Made by a program: the position numbers and the translations under genes. A stretch of 64,000 nucleotides of DNA, taken from Amoebidium appalachense. Taxonomy: Eukaryota > Protista > Ichthyosporea. The stretch's first letter is position 1; each line of letters starts with the position of its first letter. Below are positions 1-33,744 of the stretch, piece by piece. The notes beneath the pieces were generated by a model that was not told where the DNA came from, made no database searches, and was given only the letters and a program-made list of their open reading frames with translations. The stretch is from assembly GCA_963693365.1 (NCBI GenBank), contig CAVNZM010000016.1, positions 4,367,957-4,431,956 of the forward strand, in the 5' to 3' direction.

Positions 1-148
1 TGTTTATTTCAATGTTTTCTCCTGGTTTTGTTTGGCGTGTGTGTGCCGAGTGTGAGGCTTAGTTTGTATGTCAACGGATTGCACTTGAGTGCCTGTAGTG
101 CATCTGAATGTTCGTGCTTAGCCTAGCGCTAACAATTTTTTTTTTCTA

Positions 149-575
<427 letters not shown>

Positions 576-684
576 TGTGTGTGTGAGAGAGTACACTGCC
601 TGTGTCACGGTGTACATGTGTGTGTTGTGTGTGTGTGCCACGAATGTGTGTGTGTGTGCCGCATGCACGCAGTGTTTGTGCGTA

Positions 685-720
<36 letters not shown>

Positions 721-915
721 ACAGTAGGCTGTGGGCCGGCATATGGGTGCCAATATCCTCATGTAATTCATGTTATAACAGACACCTATAACAGACCATA
801 ATACGGGAACCTAGATTATTAGAAGTCATGCATAGCTAAAGTAGCAGTGATCGATTTCACGGAGCCCGGTGCAAGTGCCCGGTGCATGCCGGGTGGGCCC
901 TGTGATGACCTCCCT

Positions 916-951
<36 letters not shown>

Positions 952-1419
952 ACTTCCCCCCCCCCCCCCCCCCCATAAACCCCTCCGAACCCTCCCCCTG
1001 TGACTCCCCCTCCCCCCCTCTAATATTCTCTCCCCCCCCCCCCCTCCCCCCCCCCCCTCCTCATCCGCCCATCCCCCCTTCGAATTCTCGCCGCCCCTCA
1101 TACCCGCTTCTTTTCTGCTCTCCACCTTCTTCTCCAAATTTAAGATTCTTAGACGCCCTGAATTAACGAAAGGACAAACCGAACAAGTTGCTTTGGCGCT
1201 ATTTGGTGAGCTAGAACGTTAGTGGATAGTATGACTGGCCGCCAGCTGCAGATCTATATGGGATCATGACACGGACCGTGATCACGAGGTCGGACCGCGG
1301 CTTCGGGCCTGGGGGTCCCGTCGTTACGGGACGCGTTCAGAGAGAGACGTCGACAGAGAAGAGGGAGGTGGAGGAAGGAGGAGGAGGGGGGGGCGGGGGG
1401 AGGGGGGGGGGAGGGGGAA

Positions 1420-1879
<460 letters not shown>

Positions 1880-2089
1880 GCCGGTCGGGACCAGTGGTGT
1901 CGCGGGCGCTTTCCCGCCGTCACGGTGCATGTCAGCATGTGGCTGAGGCTACTATCCGCGACACTTGAGTTGATCATGAGCACGTGCACTGCAAGCTCAG
2001 GATGATCGGCGAGTCACATAAGATCAACCAAGTTCTTGATCGGTGCACGTGTACCTCCAGCAGATGTGAGGACTCGAAGTGTGGAGGGG

Positions 2090-2250
2090 CAAACTTGAAG
2101 AAAGACCTACCAAGAGTGTCCCAAAACACCAAATGCTCTTTCTTCAACGCAAGCCGTGGGCATTCTCTTGAAGCATAACAGCTTGTGCCTTGGATTACCC
2201 TTGAAACCGCGCGTGTAATGCATGATGCCGCGGGCCACCGTGGGCTTGAA
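2090..2250 (-). pseudogene. Decayed PIF/Harbinger (HARBI1-like) transposase fragment
   Basis: A minus frame reads ARGIMHYTRGFKGNPRHKLLCFKRMPTACVEERAFGVLGHSW*VFL. This resembles the Harbinger motif RGxRYH..F.G.P....FN..H...R..IERAFGVLK.RW.IL around the third catalytic residue and contains an in-frame stop. Recognised by eye only. Confidence 0.5.
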
Positions 2251-3306
2251 CGAACACAGACTTGGTATGTACATCTACTGATTGACGTCACGAAAGCAGA
2301 CAAGGGGCTCTGTGATAGGTCAAAAAGTGTCAACTTTTATCCCGTAAAAACGGTGGAATGCAGGCCTTCGTGCCAGCTGCATTCCAATTTTTAAAAATGG
2401 TAGGGTACTTTTTAGAAACCTTTTTACGTAATTTACACATCACCTATGACAAACATCTGTAAGGTCCTAGCTTTGAAATAAACTAAATTCATATACATAC
2501 ATACGTATTAGGATTTGAAGCCATGATTTACATATCTTAGGGCTGCCACTTGTAGGCCACGAGACTCTGAGAGGTCACATTCCCCAGACATGGAATGAAG
2601 GTCACGAATAAACGTTGACAGCTTTTGATTCCGGCGTTCATCATCGGATCAAATGGCCTGGGCAGGGCAGGGCGCCAGTGGGAACCATTGAGGGAGGATA
2701 GTATGCACTCTCATTATAACTTTCACGTTGTATACTTACCAATCAAAAGGAAATGCATGTAGTATGTCTTAGAAGCCATTTTAGCACAAACATACATGGC
2801 ACTTAAGCTTGATTACAAACAGCGACGATATGCCCGACAACATGTGCATCCGTGTCTAATATTAATATGACGTAGATAATAGATACTGAAGCAGTGTCAA
2901 GTTGTATCAAAATGTCTACAGCACAATAATTGCCAACATAAATGAAAAACATGGGAAATAACAACCGGCTATTTAATATTATTTTTGGCTTCACGACAAA
3001 TTATTATAACCATTGCCTTTTAAGGATTCAAGGCTGTGTACTGCCACGGTGAATATCTCGGACAAAGTTTTTAAAAATTCAGGTGCTTCGGTATCCCAGC
3101 CTGGCAGAGTACGGTCACCGTAGCCTCAATCGGAGACGAAGTTTTGATTGCCTTCTCGATTTGGGTTCGAATTTCTTTGAGCCTATTGACATTACACTTT
3201 ACATTCATGCACAATACAGTTCACTGTTTGATGACACCTCATAAGCAAATGTTTTCATAGTTATATATATATCATTATTTGTCTGGATAATAAATTAATC
3301 ACTTGA

Positions 3307-3940
3307 AGGCGCCTGAGTCACAGAAGGAAAGACCAGTGACGACAGCAGGTTGGTCAACAAAATGTATGATATGTATCGAATAGGAAATTGCTTCCGGATC
3401 ACCCAGGTCCACACTACGCGTGACTAAAGGATTAGAAAGTTGAGCAAATTTCCTGGAGCGATAAGATGTATATATGTATATATTTAAAAACAAATTATAT
3501 TTTGTGATTTTGGTACCATTGCTTAGATGAATTGTCTACAAGTTAAATGTACTCGTTCACATTGAGCAAAAGAACTTCTGAACCAAATCACAAACTGATT
3601 CTTAGAACCAATCAAATAGTTACTTGGCATTTGAGAATTGCCATTTTCTCTTACGCAATTACGTCACTCCCAGCCTGCGGCCGCATGCCCCAGATTGGCC
3701 TAGGCCTTCCGAAGCCAAGTTGGAGCTTGGCACCGTGCAGGCGCAGATACATTCTAAATTCATGAACCATTTTGGGTACGTGTCAGATTATTTCCAAATT
3801 CAACAATAAATTTACTACAAAAACTATAGCGAAAACACATATCTCTTATTTCTAGCTTATTACTTTTGTGTTTGACTCTCAATTCACAAGGCACACAAAT
3901 TATCACACTCGGCCAATTGGGAAATGGGACTCCGGTGGCT
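3307..3940. mobile_element. Possible old non-autonomous Kolobok-type element
   Basis: Degenerate inverted ends tgaAGGCGCCTGAGTCAC vs reverse complement taaAGCCACCGGAGTCCC (13/18). Flanks TTGA and TTAT are each one mismatch from TTAA. Confidence 0.3.
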
Positions 3941-3947
3941 TTATTTG

Positions 3948-3972
3948 ATTGGTTAGCGTGGTACTATATAAA
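3948..3972 (+). promoter_or_regulatory. Candidate core promoter of the SH2 gene (reverse CCAAT and TATA box)
   Basis: ATTGG at 3948-3952 and TATATAAA at 3965-3972, about 225 bp upstream of the ATG at 4195. Confidence 0.35.
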
Positions 3973-4194
3973 CTCATCAACACACAATTTGCGTGTTACA
4001 GAGTGTCCAAAAGTGTACACAGATAAGTAGAAAGCCATCATGTTGCTTTCCTAACTTTCTCCTCTTTTATCCTCACATAGTACATTTCAAATATTCGAGC
4101 TCGTTCTACCTTTTACGCTCTGTTTAGGGACTCACAATTACGGGGTGTGTACAGAAAAGTTTTAGAAAAAAGCGAGAGAGATCTTTGTGGAAAA

Positions 4195-4509
4195 ATGAAT
4201 GCGACGTTTCAAGAAGTTTACCAGCAACCCTGGTTTCATGGGAAGTTATCGAGAATGGAGGCGGAAGCTAGGTTGAAGGCATCAGCAGAACACACAGAAG
4301 GTAATTACTCACGGTTTTTGCTCGCTCGTGTGTGTGGCGTGCGTGCTTGTGCCTGCTTCTGCGTGTGGGTGGGTGTCTGCGTGTGACGCCCGCGACGGTC
4401 TGCCATGGTAGGTTTACGAATGAGTAAAGCGAGAGAGAGAGAGTGTGTGTGTGTGTGTGTGTGCGTGTGCGTGGGTGTGTTTGTGTGTTTGTGTGTGCAT
4501 GTATGTGAT

Positions 4510-4548
<39 letters not shown>

Positions 4549-5903
4549 CTTCGTGCTGGTGTGGGTATGTGTGCGCTTGCGTGTGTGTGCGTGCGTGCAT
4601 TCGCGTTGTGTTCATTGTCTTCGCCTGTGTGCTTTCAACACCGCTATATTGGCTAAGTTTTCCAGGAAAAATAGTGTTGAATTTTTGGTGCTATACAGCC
4701 CTGAACCAAAAAAACCTCAAACCCATAGCCGGACTTTTCACGGATTATTCACTGCCTTCTACCCTTTCTGCAGATGGCAATGTTTTTCTGGTCCGCGAAT
4801 CATCCACCGTCCCGACCCAGTTCTGCCTTTCCATTCTCTGCTCGGAACGATACGTACACACCCTTTTCAAAATGAATTCCCTCGGGGATTACTACGTAAC
4901 GGTTGAGTCAAAGTGTGCCGCTACGGTGTCCGGGCTCGTTTCCCTTCTAGTTGAACAGTCAGACCTCGAGGCCAGCTTTGGGTGTGGGTACACATTTCCT
5001 GTAAGCCTCGGCGTTCCATGTTTCTGTACAAGCGAGTCATCCCTTTGTTGCCCTTCACTTCCAGTTTCGCCGACACCTGAAAGCGCCATGGAAAAATGCA
5101 CTCGCAAGCTTCGTTCTACTGTAACAGCTGGGGCCATCTTGACAACGTTGCCAACATCCTTTCAAAATTCGTCTTCTCAGTTGTCTGGAAAAGAACCCGA
5201 GCCAGTATTTTCTTCTCCCCGTGCACCTGAGTTTGGTCTTGGCTTGCTCCACCGCCGGAAAGCGACGAAAAGGCTGTCTTCTGACCCACCGACGGCCGAA
5301 ACCAATCGTTTGTGTAGCCCGGGGTCAAAATCACAACCCTCGACACCGATTACAAAGCAGGAGCACATTTCCGTCAACAGGAGGTTTTCGGAGCCCCTTT
5401 CCGTCGACGGCAAGAAGAAGCCCTGTGCGTGCGCTGCGTGCTTGTTTTCTGCAGGTAAAAAGGGATCTAAGCCGAGTGAATTCCTCGTTTTCGTGCACGA
5501 TGGCGTGGTTTCTGGCAACATTACCAACGAGACAGCCGCAATGTTAATTAAGGTGCACGAAGAGCATCAGAGCCGCAAACCAGACACCAGCGACCTTGAA
5601 CGTGTACCCTTGGAAAAAGTTTCTGCCATACTTGGCTGGGAATCGGGCCACACCGTGTCCTTCGCCAACCAACTTCCATGGCTTCCGTCGAAATGGGATG
5701 GCCTGGCTTCGATTGGGGCACGGGATATTTCAACGCATGGTGAAAAAGGAGGGCTGCCAAAGCGAGTGATGGGGTTTTCTACTTTAATGTCACGAGTTTT
5801 TAACCGACCGATTATAGCCGCTGGGGAAGAGATAGCGATAAGCCAGGTCGATCTTTTAAATGAATTGCAGAGCGTCAGGGGGAAGGACACACTTGCTATG
5901 TGA
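4195..5903 (+). CDS. SH2 domain-containing protein, 411 aa; exons 4195-4300, 4774-5903
   Basis: A phase-1 GTAATT..TTTCTGCAG intron joins [17 protein letters not shown] to [21 protein letters not shown], giving canonical SH2 WFHG and FLVRES motifs. Confidence 0.92.
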
Positions 5904-5969
5904 TAGTCATTGATTTTAGAAGTTCAACTTTTATTACTCGTAGGAGATGTTTGCCAAACATCGGACTTT

Positions 5970-6040
5970 GAAAGGCTGGTTTGTGGTAAAAATGGTATTG
6001 TGCTGAAAGACTGGTTTGTGGTAAAAATGGTATTGTGCTT
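5970..6040. repeat. 35-bp tandem duplication in the 3' UTR region
   Basis: gaaag(g/a)ctggtttgtggtaaaaatggtattgtgct occurs twice in tandem. Confidence 0.9.
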
Positions 6041-6773
6041 GAAACTGCAATTAAATTGACTTATGGGATTTGATTAATAGCATGAAAGACATTTTGAGAT
6101 GTGTAGTACTTTTGTGCATTCGTTTTACAGTATTGTTTACAACTTAACTGATGTTTCAACCCAAATGCCACTTCAAAAACGTTGTATTTATAGCTTTGTA
6201 GAGTAGTTGAAATCCTTTTTGGAAGTTAGTTTCCCGATATTGCCGTTTTTTCATCTTTCCGACAATAGACGGCACGATGGTAACTTCAGTTACGGAACAC
6301 ATGCGCTGATGTGATGGCAAAACGAAAAAAAAGAAACTCACCTGCTCGGTGAAATATTGAAAGAAAGAAGGTTTATTCCCATTCCAGTTGGTATGCAACT
6401 AAAGGCACGTCTATTTGCGACGGTGTTATGAAACATTTGGTGATGTTTTTCATTACGCCACTGAGGCGACTCCAAGTACACTTCCTAGCAATTAAAATTG
6501 ATAGGCCAGACACCGTGAGTATTTGTATTGTTCTGCATGCACATGTGCGAACATATGCAGACCTGCGCTAGTGCATACATACGTACAGGTGCATGTACTT
6601 CAGAATTTTAACTTTGCAATGATGCCGCACACACACAAATGCACGGACTTCAAACATTTCTAAACACGCACACGCTGCCAGGCGAGCCGCTGACTCAGCC
6701 ACTGTCCGGCGAAACGACGATTCACCATGTTGTATATGTGTGCAGGTGCTTCTACCTGAAATTACAAGAGTGA

Positions 6774-25359
<18,586 letters not shown>

Positions 25360-26379
25360 CTAACAGTGATGTTTGTGATCCGGCACTTATTGATACGAAG
25401 GCTATGAAATGTATGTATGTATAGTAGTGGGTACGTTTATAATTTAGTGACTGCGGTTTTTTCATGTATTCGGCTCAGGGTACCTTGTTGTTGAATCCAC
25501 ACATAAGTACGGATTCGGATGTCTCGGACTTCGTACTAAATTGGGCATATGTAGGTCCACGCACAGGCACATTGTGTTCACACTGGTACCCACACGTAGC
25601 ATTTACGTTACTAACCACACACACACACGTGCGCGCGCACACGCAGCACGCGCACCCATGCAGACACATGTACACACACACACACACACCAGAGTCGCAT
25701 GTTATAATGTGCATACAGGCACATGCGCATGAATTAAATGCACGTGTGGGCAAGCACACACAGACGCACTTTCATCTGATGTACGTTCGAATTCTAGCAC
25801 TGGAATCACACGCACATGTTTGAATTTTTATTTACAATGACCTGAAAGCACAGGTGGTTGTGTGCAAGTATCTATCCACCACTTTCAACTCCGCCTCGAG
25901 ACCCGGATTCCGTTATGGCCAAGCACATGTCCATATGCCTACATAGCGTATACGGACATCTTGACAAAGTCATATACATATGGATTGATATCGATATACA
26001 TATCGTATTTATTCTCGTCAGATGCCCCCTCTCAGAATGAGCGTATCATTTCCTGCTCTAAGAACTTTGAAGTTTCCATTCAAAGGACATTACTGAGGGG
26101 TGTATTTCATCTGTAGTATGATGTACATATCATGTTGCAGCATAATATTATGGGGCACATGTTGTGTTTCCGATTGGCCGGAGGTAGCTGCCAATGAAGT
26201 GCAATGATCCCCTTCCTTGTGCCATGGCCATGCTAACAGTATCCTATCTACTACGGCCGGGTCTGTAACTGTGTCCTAAATAATACAGGCGGTGTCTGTA
26301 ACGGTAGACACCAATAGAGTACTGCTGGAAGCATTTCACGTGTACCATGGTGGTGGTGTTGGCAGATGGGCACATTGGG

Positions 26380-26438
<59 letters not shown>

Positions 26439-26528
26439 CGCGCGCGCGCGTGCGCGTGTGTGTGTGCATGCGTGTGTAACGGTTGTGTTGTGGGTGGGTT
26501 GGGGGTTGGGGTATGTAGTGGTGGTGGT

Positions 26529-26564
<36 letters not shown>

Positions 26565-27357
26565 CCGGGGGGGGGTTACTGGGGGAGATCGGATGTGCTG
26601 CTTGTTATACATACGTAGCGAGGCTGTTATTAATATTAGCTGCACTTTTAATCAGTAGTGCAAGCAGAGCTATGATTAAATATTACGTCATTACGTGATA
26701 CACAATGTATGGTTAAGACGTAAAACATCATAATTATGCATGCATGAACCAACAGCCACGTAAGTCATTATCCATTATGACCATACATACCACCACAACC
26801 ACCACCACTACGTTAAAGGCTTACACGGGTCCAATAGTCCATTGTTACCATCACCGCCTAGGGCCTGAACTCAGTGCTAACCTCACTTGCCGTGTTAGGC
26901 CTAGGAAATAAGGGAAACCACACCTTAAACGGTCCCATTTAAGTAGACCTAGACCGCCTTAACCATATTGCCAAATATGGCACTAGCAAATGTATAACAC
27001 GTAAATACATATTACCTTCTTGTAGAACTGGTCTTTCACTACCTGATGGTATTATTGATCAATTACCACGCTTATACTGTTCACGTGCTATACAGTGGAG
27101 ATCTAATAAGATAAGGTGGCATCGTTTACATGCCCAAACAACACACACACACCAGTTTAAACGATCATGTATCGCCAAATGTAGTTTGATAGACCACATA
27201 ATACCGCAACACACACACGACACATTCACAACAGACACCCAGAAAGATAGCCTACCTGAAAATTACAACATCCTTGATTTTATACTAAACACGCGTAACT
27301 ATGACCTGTTTATTAGATGTATTGATTGGCTTGAGAAACAAATCATTACAAAATTTT

Positions 27358-27431
<74 letters not shown>

Positions 27432-27988
27432 AGCTGATACCGAGTGTCCCAGGGGAGCCCGAAAAAAAAAACAAAAAAACAAAAAACAAAAAAAACGGGG
27501 AACCCAACTAATTGGTTTTCTTAGTGTTTATGGTGCCTCGTAGAGAAAGTAAACCCCTGGCTGATATATAATCATCACCCGACATCTATGTACTTGATCA
27601 TGATATACCGCTGAGGGGATATTCCGAGCAAACCCCCCCCCATACTTGAGACTGGTCTCTCTTTGCCTCAAGTAAACAGCGTAAACCCCCGTGTGTGTGT
27701 GCGTGTGTGTGTGTGTGTGTGTGTGCGTGTGTGTGTGTGTGCGTGTGTTTGTGTGTGTGTGTGTGTATACACAGGTGGGGGGGGGGGGGGGGGGGGAACC
27801 AAATGTGACCGGCCCCAACACGTGCATAAACAGGTAGCATCATCGTGACACACAATTGATGTAAAGTTCTTTTTGGCACAGTTTCCCTTTGGGTGCTCCC
27901 AGAACGCCCACGGTGCCCACATAAATTTTAATGTCATGTACATATCGCACATCTACACACCCACAAACCACCACACTAACCCTCTGCG

Positions 27989-28027
<39 letters not shown>

Positions 28028-28706
28028 CCCCCCCCCTCCCCCCATCTACTTTAGCAGCTGAACGAATAGAATCCAACACAACCACATCCCATAGCCGTTA
28101 TGGCGATAAATATCTTCTCTCAGGGTATGTACATAGTCATCAAAATCAACACAAAAAAGGTAAATCTCAACTTTTTTTTCTCTTTTTCGAAATGCAGTCT
28201 TTCGATTCGCCACCAGGCTGGGTGGTCTTGCTATTTGCACCAATCAATCATCCGCGCGTACTAAATGCCAGATGCCCAAATTTGGCAACATTCGGTACCC
28301 ATCATTTCTGCATTAACGGTTCGTTCTTTAAGTTTGCTACTCTGTATGTGGATCGTCAGGAACTTCTATGAGAAAAACCTAAAATCCGGTGGTTTAAAAA
28401 GATGTGCATTTTGTGTGCATATTGTCGACATCACGCTTCATACACACACACTGCCACCTTCCCCCCCCCCCCCCCCCCCCCCAAATAAAAATATAGTAAA
28501 AATATAATAAGATATATTAAAAATAAAACTTTAAACCCCAAATCACTTTTGCAAACCTCCGGTCACACCTGCAGCCTCAACATCTCCATCTGTGACGTCA
28601 CCGAGTCATGTGACCCTGTCTCGTGCATGGACGTCCTTGCCTCCGCCTGTGCGCACGTGTACGGGCTGCAAATTTTCGCCTGGGGGGTACCATGGCTGGA
28701 TGGACC

Positions 28707-29146
28707 TCACACAAATACAAACCGAACCACCTCTTCGGGGAGGGTCTCGGGAAGCCGCTGCCGACTCTCTGTTGGTCATTATAAAAGTTATTTTTTTTTT
28801 TTTAACATTACAAAGGAAAGAAGAAAAAAAAAAGAAAAGAAAAACGAAAAAAGGAAAGAATGAGAGAAAGACGGGGGGAGGAGGGATTTTTAAAAAGGTG
28901 TTCCAAGGGTCAGGAAAGTAGACTACATACCCCGTGTGGTTATTACACGAGACTACCGCCACCACCTAGATGCACCGCAAATTTAAATATCTGCATGCAC
29001 ACACACACACGGACACAACGGACCATACACACTTCTTGCCATTTCCATTCACTCGCGCACACAGGCACAAAGGCATATTCCCCCCCCCCCCCCCAACCCA
29101 CCCTCCCCCTCCCCGAACACACACACACATGCGCGCGAACACACAC

Positions 29147-29195
<49 letters not shown>

Positions 29196-29246
29196 TCTAC
29201 CGAATAAGGCCCCACACTGTTGCAATGCCACATCTCTCTCATTGTT

Positions 29247-29284
<38 letters not shown>

Positions 29285-29501
29285 CCCGCCTCCGCCCATC
29301 CTGTCCGACTTTTCTTCCTTACACCCGCACTTCTTTCTTTTTTTTTTCAGTGCAAACAAGCATATGGAAAAATCGATCAAGCAAACGACAACAAAGATAT
29401 GCAAGAGGGCGTATGTATGGTGTGGGTGTGTGTGCACGTCTCTCTCAAGAGCTGTGTTGTGTGGGTGTACGGCAACTGTGGCTGTGTGTTGTGTCTGTTT
29501 G

Positions 29502-29544
<43 letters not shown>

Positions 29545-29701
29545 TCTTCCTTTCTCTCTCTCTCTCTGTGTGTGTGTGTGCTTGCACACGTTTGTGTCCA
29601 CATGAATCGGGCACACTTGGCCACATACATGCTCGTGTGTGTAGCTACACGGTCCCTAATACTCCCCCCCCCCCCCCCCCCCCCCCCTCCTCTCTCTCTC
29701 C

Positions 29702-29739
<38 letters not shown>

Positions 29740-30809
29740 CCTCCCTTCCCCCTCTTCCCTCACCCCTTCCACACACGACATTCTCTCCATTTCCACAATA
29801 CTTCTCATCTTTCACATCCAATGCAATCCAGCAAACAAACTCAATATCAGCAACAAACCAATATTCTACTCTTGTAGTTTCTTTAAAAAAAAAAACCAAA
29901 ATCCTACCTTCGTGTTTTCTCCTCACGGCAGCACGGCAGAGCAGCTTGAGTGATGGAGGAAACATGCCCCCCATAGCCCTCATGACCCTTAATACCTCTG
30001 TATTAAGGTTGGTGGCTGCTAGGCTGCGGGGTGTCTGCCCTTGGCTGTTGCGCGCATTGGGGTTGGCCCCTGAAGAAATTGAAATGGGTTAAAAGAATAA
30101 ATAAAAAGAAGAATGTGGATGGAGTACACATTATCGGGTGGGAGAAAGAGAGAAAATATAGGATAAGAGAGCGAGAAGGGAGGGGGGGGGGGGAGGGGGG
30201 GGGGCGGTAGACAGAATGAAGAGGCGAATTTGAAAGGATGATATAATGCGGATGTGTAAAAAAGTAAACCCAGATGAAGAGGTAGGAGTGTGGTGTGTGT
30301 GTGTGCGTGTGTGTGAGTGTATGAGTGTGTGTGTGTGAGTGTGAGTGAGTGTGTGTGAGTGTGTGTGTGTGTGTGTGTGCACGTGCAAGAGTGTGTGTAC
30401 GACTGTGTGAATTGCTATGTGTGTGCTTGTGTGAACCGTGTGCCTGTGTGGTGTGAATGTGTGTGTGCACGCGTGTGTGTGTACGATTGTGTGTGTGTCT
30501 GCATGTGTATGCACATGCGTGCCTCTGTGGTGTGTGTGTATGTGTGGCATGTGTGCCTTTGTTATGTACCTATATGTATACGTGGTGTGCATGTGTGTAA
30601 TTGTGCACGTGTGGTTGCTGTGTGTGTGTGTATGTGCGTGTGTGCGCATGTGCGCATGCACGCCCATGTGTATGTGCTCATATGTGCCTGTGCTTGGTAT
30701 ATATATACCCTGTTTTGTTAGAAGGGAGTCGAGGAAAGCAGCACATGAATGCCAGACAGGATGCAAAAGGTGCATCTGCTTGCAACCATACCTCCGGTGT
30801 GAATCGTGC

Positions 30810-30882
<73 letters not shown>

Positions 30883-31407
30883 ATGCGTGCGTCCGTGTGT
30901 GTGTGCATACACGTGTGTGTATGTGTGTGTGTGTGTGTGTTCTTAAGCGCACACCAAGCTCGTAGACCTTGTCTCACACCAGCATCCCTTGACACCCGTA
31001 CCTGTACTCCAACGGAAAAAGAGGGGGAGGGGGAGGTGATGTGGGGAAGGAGGGGGGGGGGGGGGGGGGGGGAGGGGGAGGGGGGGCAACCCACCGGCCT
31101 CCAACAAAGCTCTCACAGCGTCCACATTTCCGTTCCGTGCAGCATAGTGCAAGGCAGTAAACCCGGTGGTTGTGCGTTTACTCACATCAGCACCCCTGTA
31201 CGAGGAAAAGGTAAATAGGATTACGATTCTTTCTTCTTTTTTCTTTACTTTTCCTACTTTTTTGGGTATGTTTTGATCGGAATGCCTATCGGCGGTGTGG
31301 GGTCATATGAAGTACTGGGGGAGAGGTATTCTTGATGTTTGCATCTTCATGGGCCAGCGTCATCCACCCACAAAGTGTGTGTATGTATGTGTGTGTGCGT
31401 CTATGTG

Positions 31408-31465
<58 letters not shown>

Positions 31466-31732
31466 TGTGTATGTGTGTGCGTGTGTGTGTGTGCGTGCTC
31501 GTGTGTGCATGTCCGACTTATCCACGCACACATACACATGCACACACACACAGCTGCGAGACAGCATACACACACACACATCAGAAACGCACACCCCCAT
31601 CCCCACCCACACCCACTAACATGCACAGAGACACACACATGCATATTCACTCACACACCCGACCACCCACCTACCCACCTACCCACACACACACACACAA
31701 ACATCGCACAGACAGACACACATGCTTTCTCC

Positions 31733-31811
<79 letters not shown>

Positions 31812-32036
31812 TTATAAGGCGCACACGGATGGATGCACACCCACCTACCCACCCAGGCCCACATACACACACACATACACGCACGCACGCACACATACAC
31901 ACATACCCACACACATACACATGCCCCACCCCACCCACACCCACCCACACCCACACCCACACCCAAACCCAGATCCACCCACCCACCCACCCAGGAAAAA
32001 CCCAGCACCCCGGGACACACAACCACCAACAATAAG

Positions 32037-32067
<31 letters not shown>

Positions 32068-32867
32068 ACATTACTAACCGCTTAAACTTCAAAACTAAAC
32101 CCCGCCCACACACCACACACCACCTCAACCATTGAACCCACCATTCAATTAGTAAGACAAGACACTCCGTGCTGCCGAAAAATGCGGCGTAGTGAAGGGG
32201 GGTGTCCCCATCGTTGTCGCTGGAATCCACACACGCCCCCTGTTCAAGCAGAAGCTGAAGACACACCTACCAATGGAAACACCACGTTAAAACTTCAAAC
32301 AACAATGAACAATATTTTTGGGGAGGTAATGAATGCTGCAGTGGAAGTTCTGGCGTTATGTTTGTTTCTATAACGGCGCAGAAATGTGCCACTTTTCAGA
32401 AGGAGAAAGGGGCTCCACATTCAGATTATATAGCCATAAAGGACACAAGAACACACACACACACACGCACGTACACGAGCGCGCGCGCGCACACACACAC
32501 ACACAGACACACCCACCCACACACACAGGCACACACCAGCACACACCCAGGCACACACAGGTACGCACACATCCTCGTCATTCGACTGCGCACACACACA
32601 CCCATACACATGCACACACACACACACGTGTATGTGTGCGTGCACAGACCCACAAACGCATACACACACACACACACACACACACATCCCGTGACCCATA
32701 CCCACCCACCGACTTGTCCCCCCCCCCCCCCCCCCCCCCCCCCCCGGCCTTTCCCCCTTCCCCCCACCCACCCACCCCCCTCCTCCCCCATCCACACCCA
32801 CACCCATCCCACCGGTCCCTCCCCTCCCCACCCCTACCCCCTCTCCTGCCTCCTAACCCCCGTTCAA

Positions 32868-32902
<35 letters not shown>

Positions 32903-33690
32903 CAACCCCCCCCCTTCCCCTTCCCCACTCCTTCCCTTTCCCCTCCCCTTCCCCCCCACCCCCTCCAAACACACACACACACATACCCACACACCTTGTG
33001 GCCACGTTCTGCTGCGTAGTGTGCTGCCGTGTCTCCAATCCTGTCTCTTGCATTGATGTTTGCTCCCCGGTTGAGAAGAAGCCGCAAGCATTCCTCAAAG
33101 TTACCCTCCACCGCCTAAAAAAAAGCACAAGTAAGGCATGGGAACATGTGTGATGATTTTCCCCAGCCGAGGGGGGTGGGGGAAGGGGGGAGGGGGGTAA
33201 AGCGTGCATAACAGAGTAAAACACACACGTTAACGACGGATATTGCAAGGAAGTTTTGTACAAACAACGAGTATGCATTGGCCGGGGGGGGGGGGGGGGG
33301 GGGAGGGGAGAAGCTGCAGTTGGCATAATTGGGTGCCTTTCAACCATCACGCACGCAGGCACGCACGCGTGCAAGCAGGCACGCAGGCGCGAAAGCACGC
33401 ACACGCACACGCGCATACGCACACGCACACATGCACATGCACACGCACACACACACACACGCACACACACAAGAACACGAGGAATGAAGTGCCCTTACCC
33501 TGTGAGTAAGGTTGAAGTCACAGTTGTCCTTCTCTGGCAGATCACAGTTGTCAAGCAACCTTTTCAGTTCCTGGTGTTTCAATAATGGCCTGTCAGTCCA
33601 AGAAAAAAAAATACTCCAAATCGGACTCGTGGAAAGTAACATATAACAGGGTTTAATGACAACTAGAAGCAAGTGCACTAGGGGGTTTTG

Positions 33691-33744
<54 letters not shown>

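Noticed and set aside
2354-2386. 10-bp hairpin TGGAATGCAG/CTGCATTCCA followed by T residues, terminator-like
   Set aside because: Eukaryotic context with no associated gene; most likely TE-internal or chance.
27438-28297. Tc1/mariner-like end TACCGAGTGTCCCA with a possible partner near 28284-28297
   Set aside because: The partner matches only about 10/14, so no convincing TIR pair.
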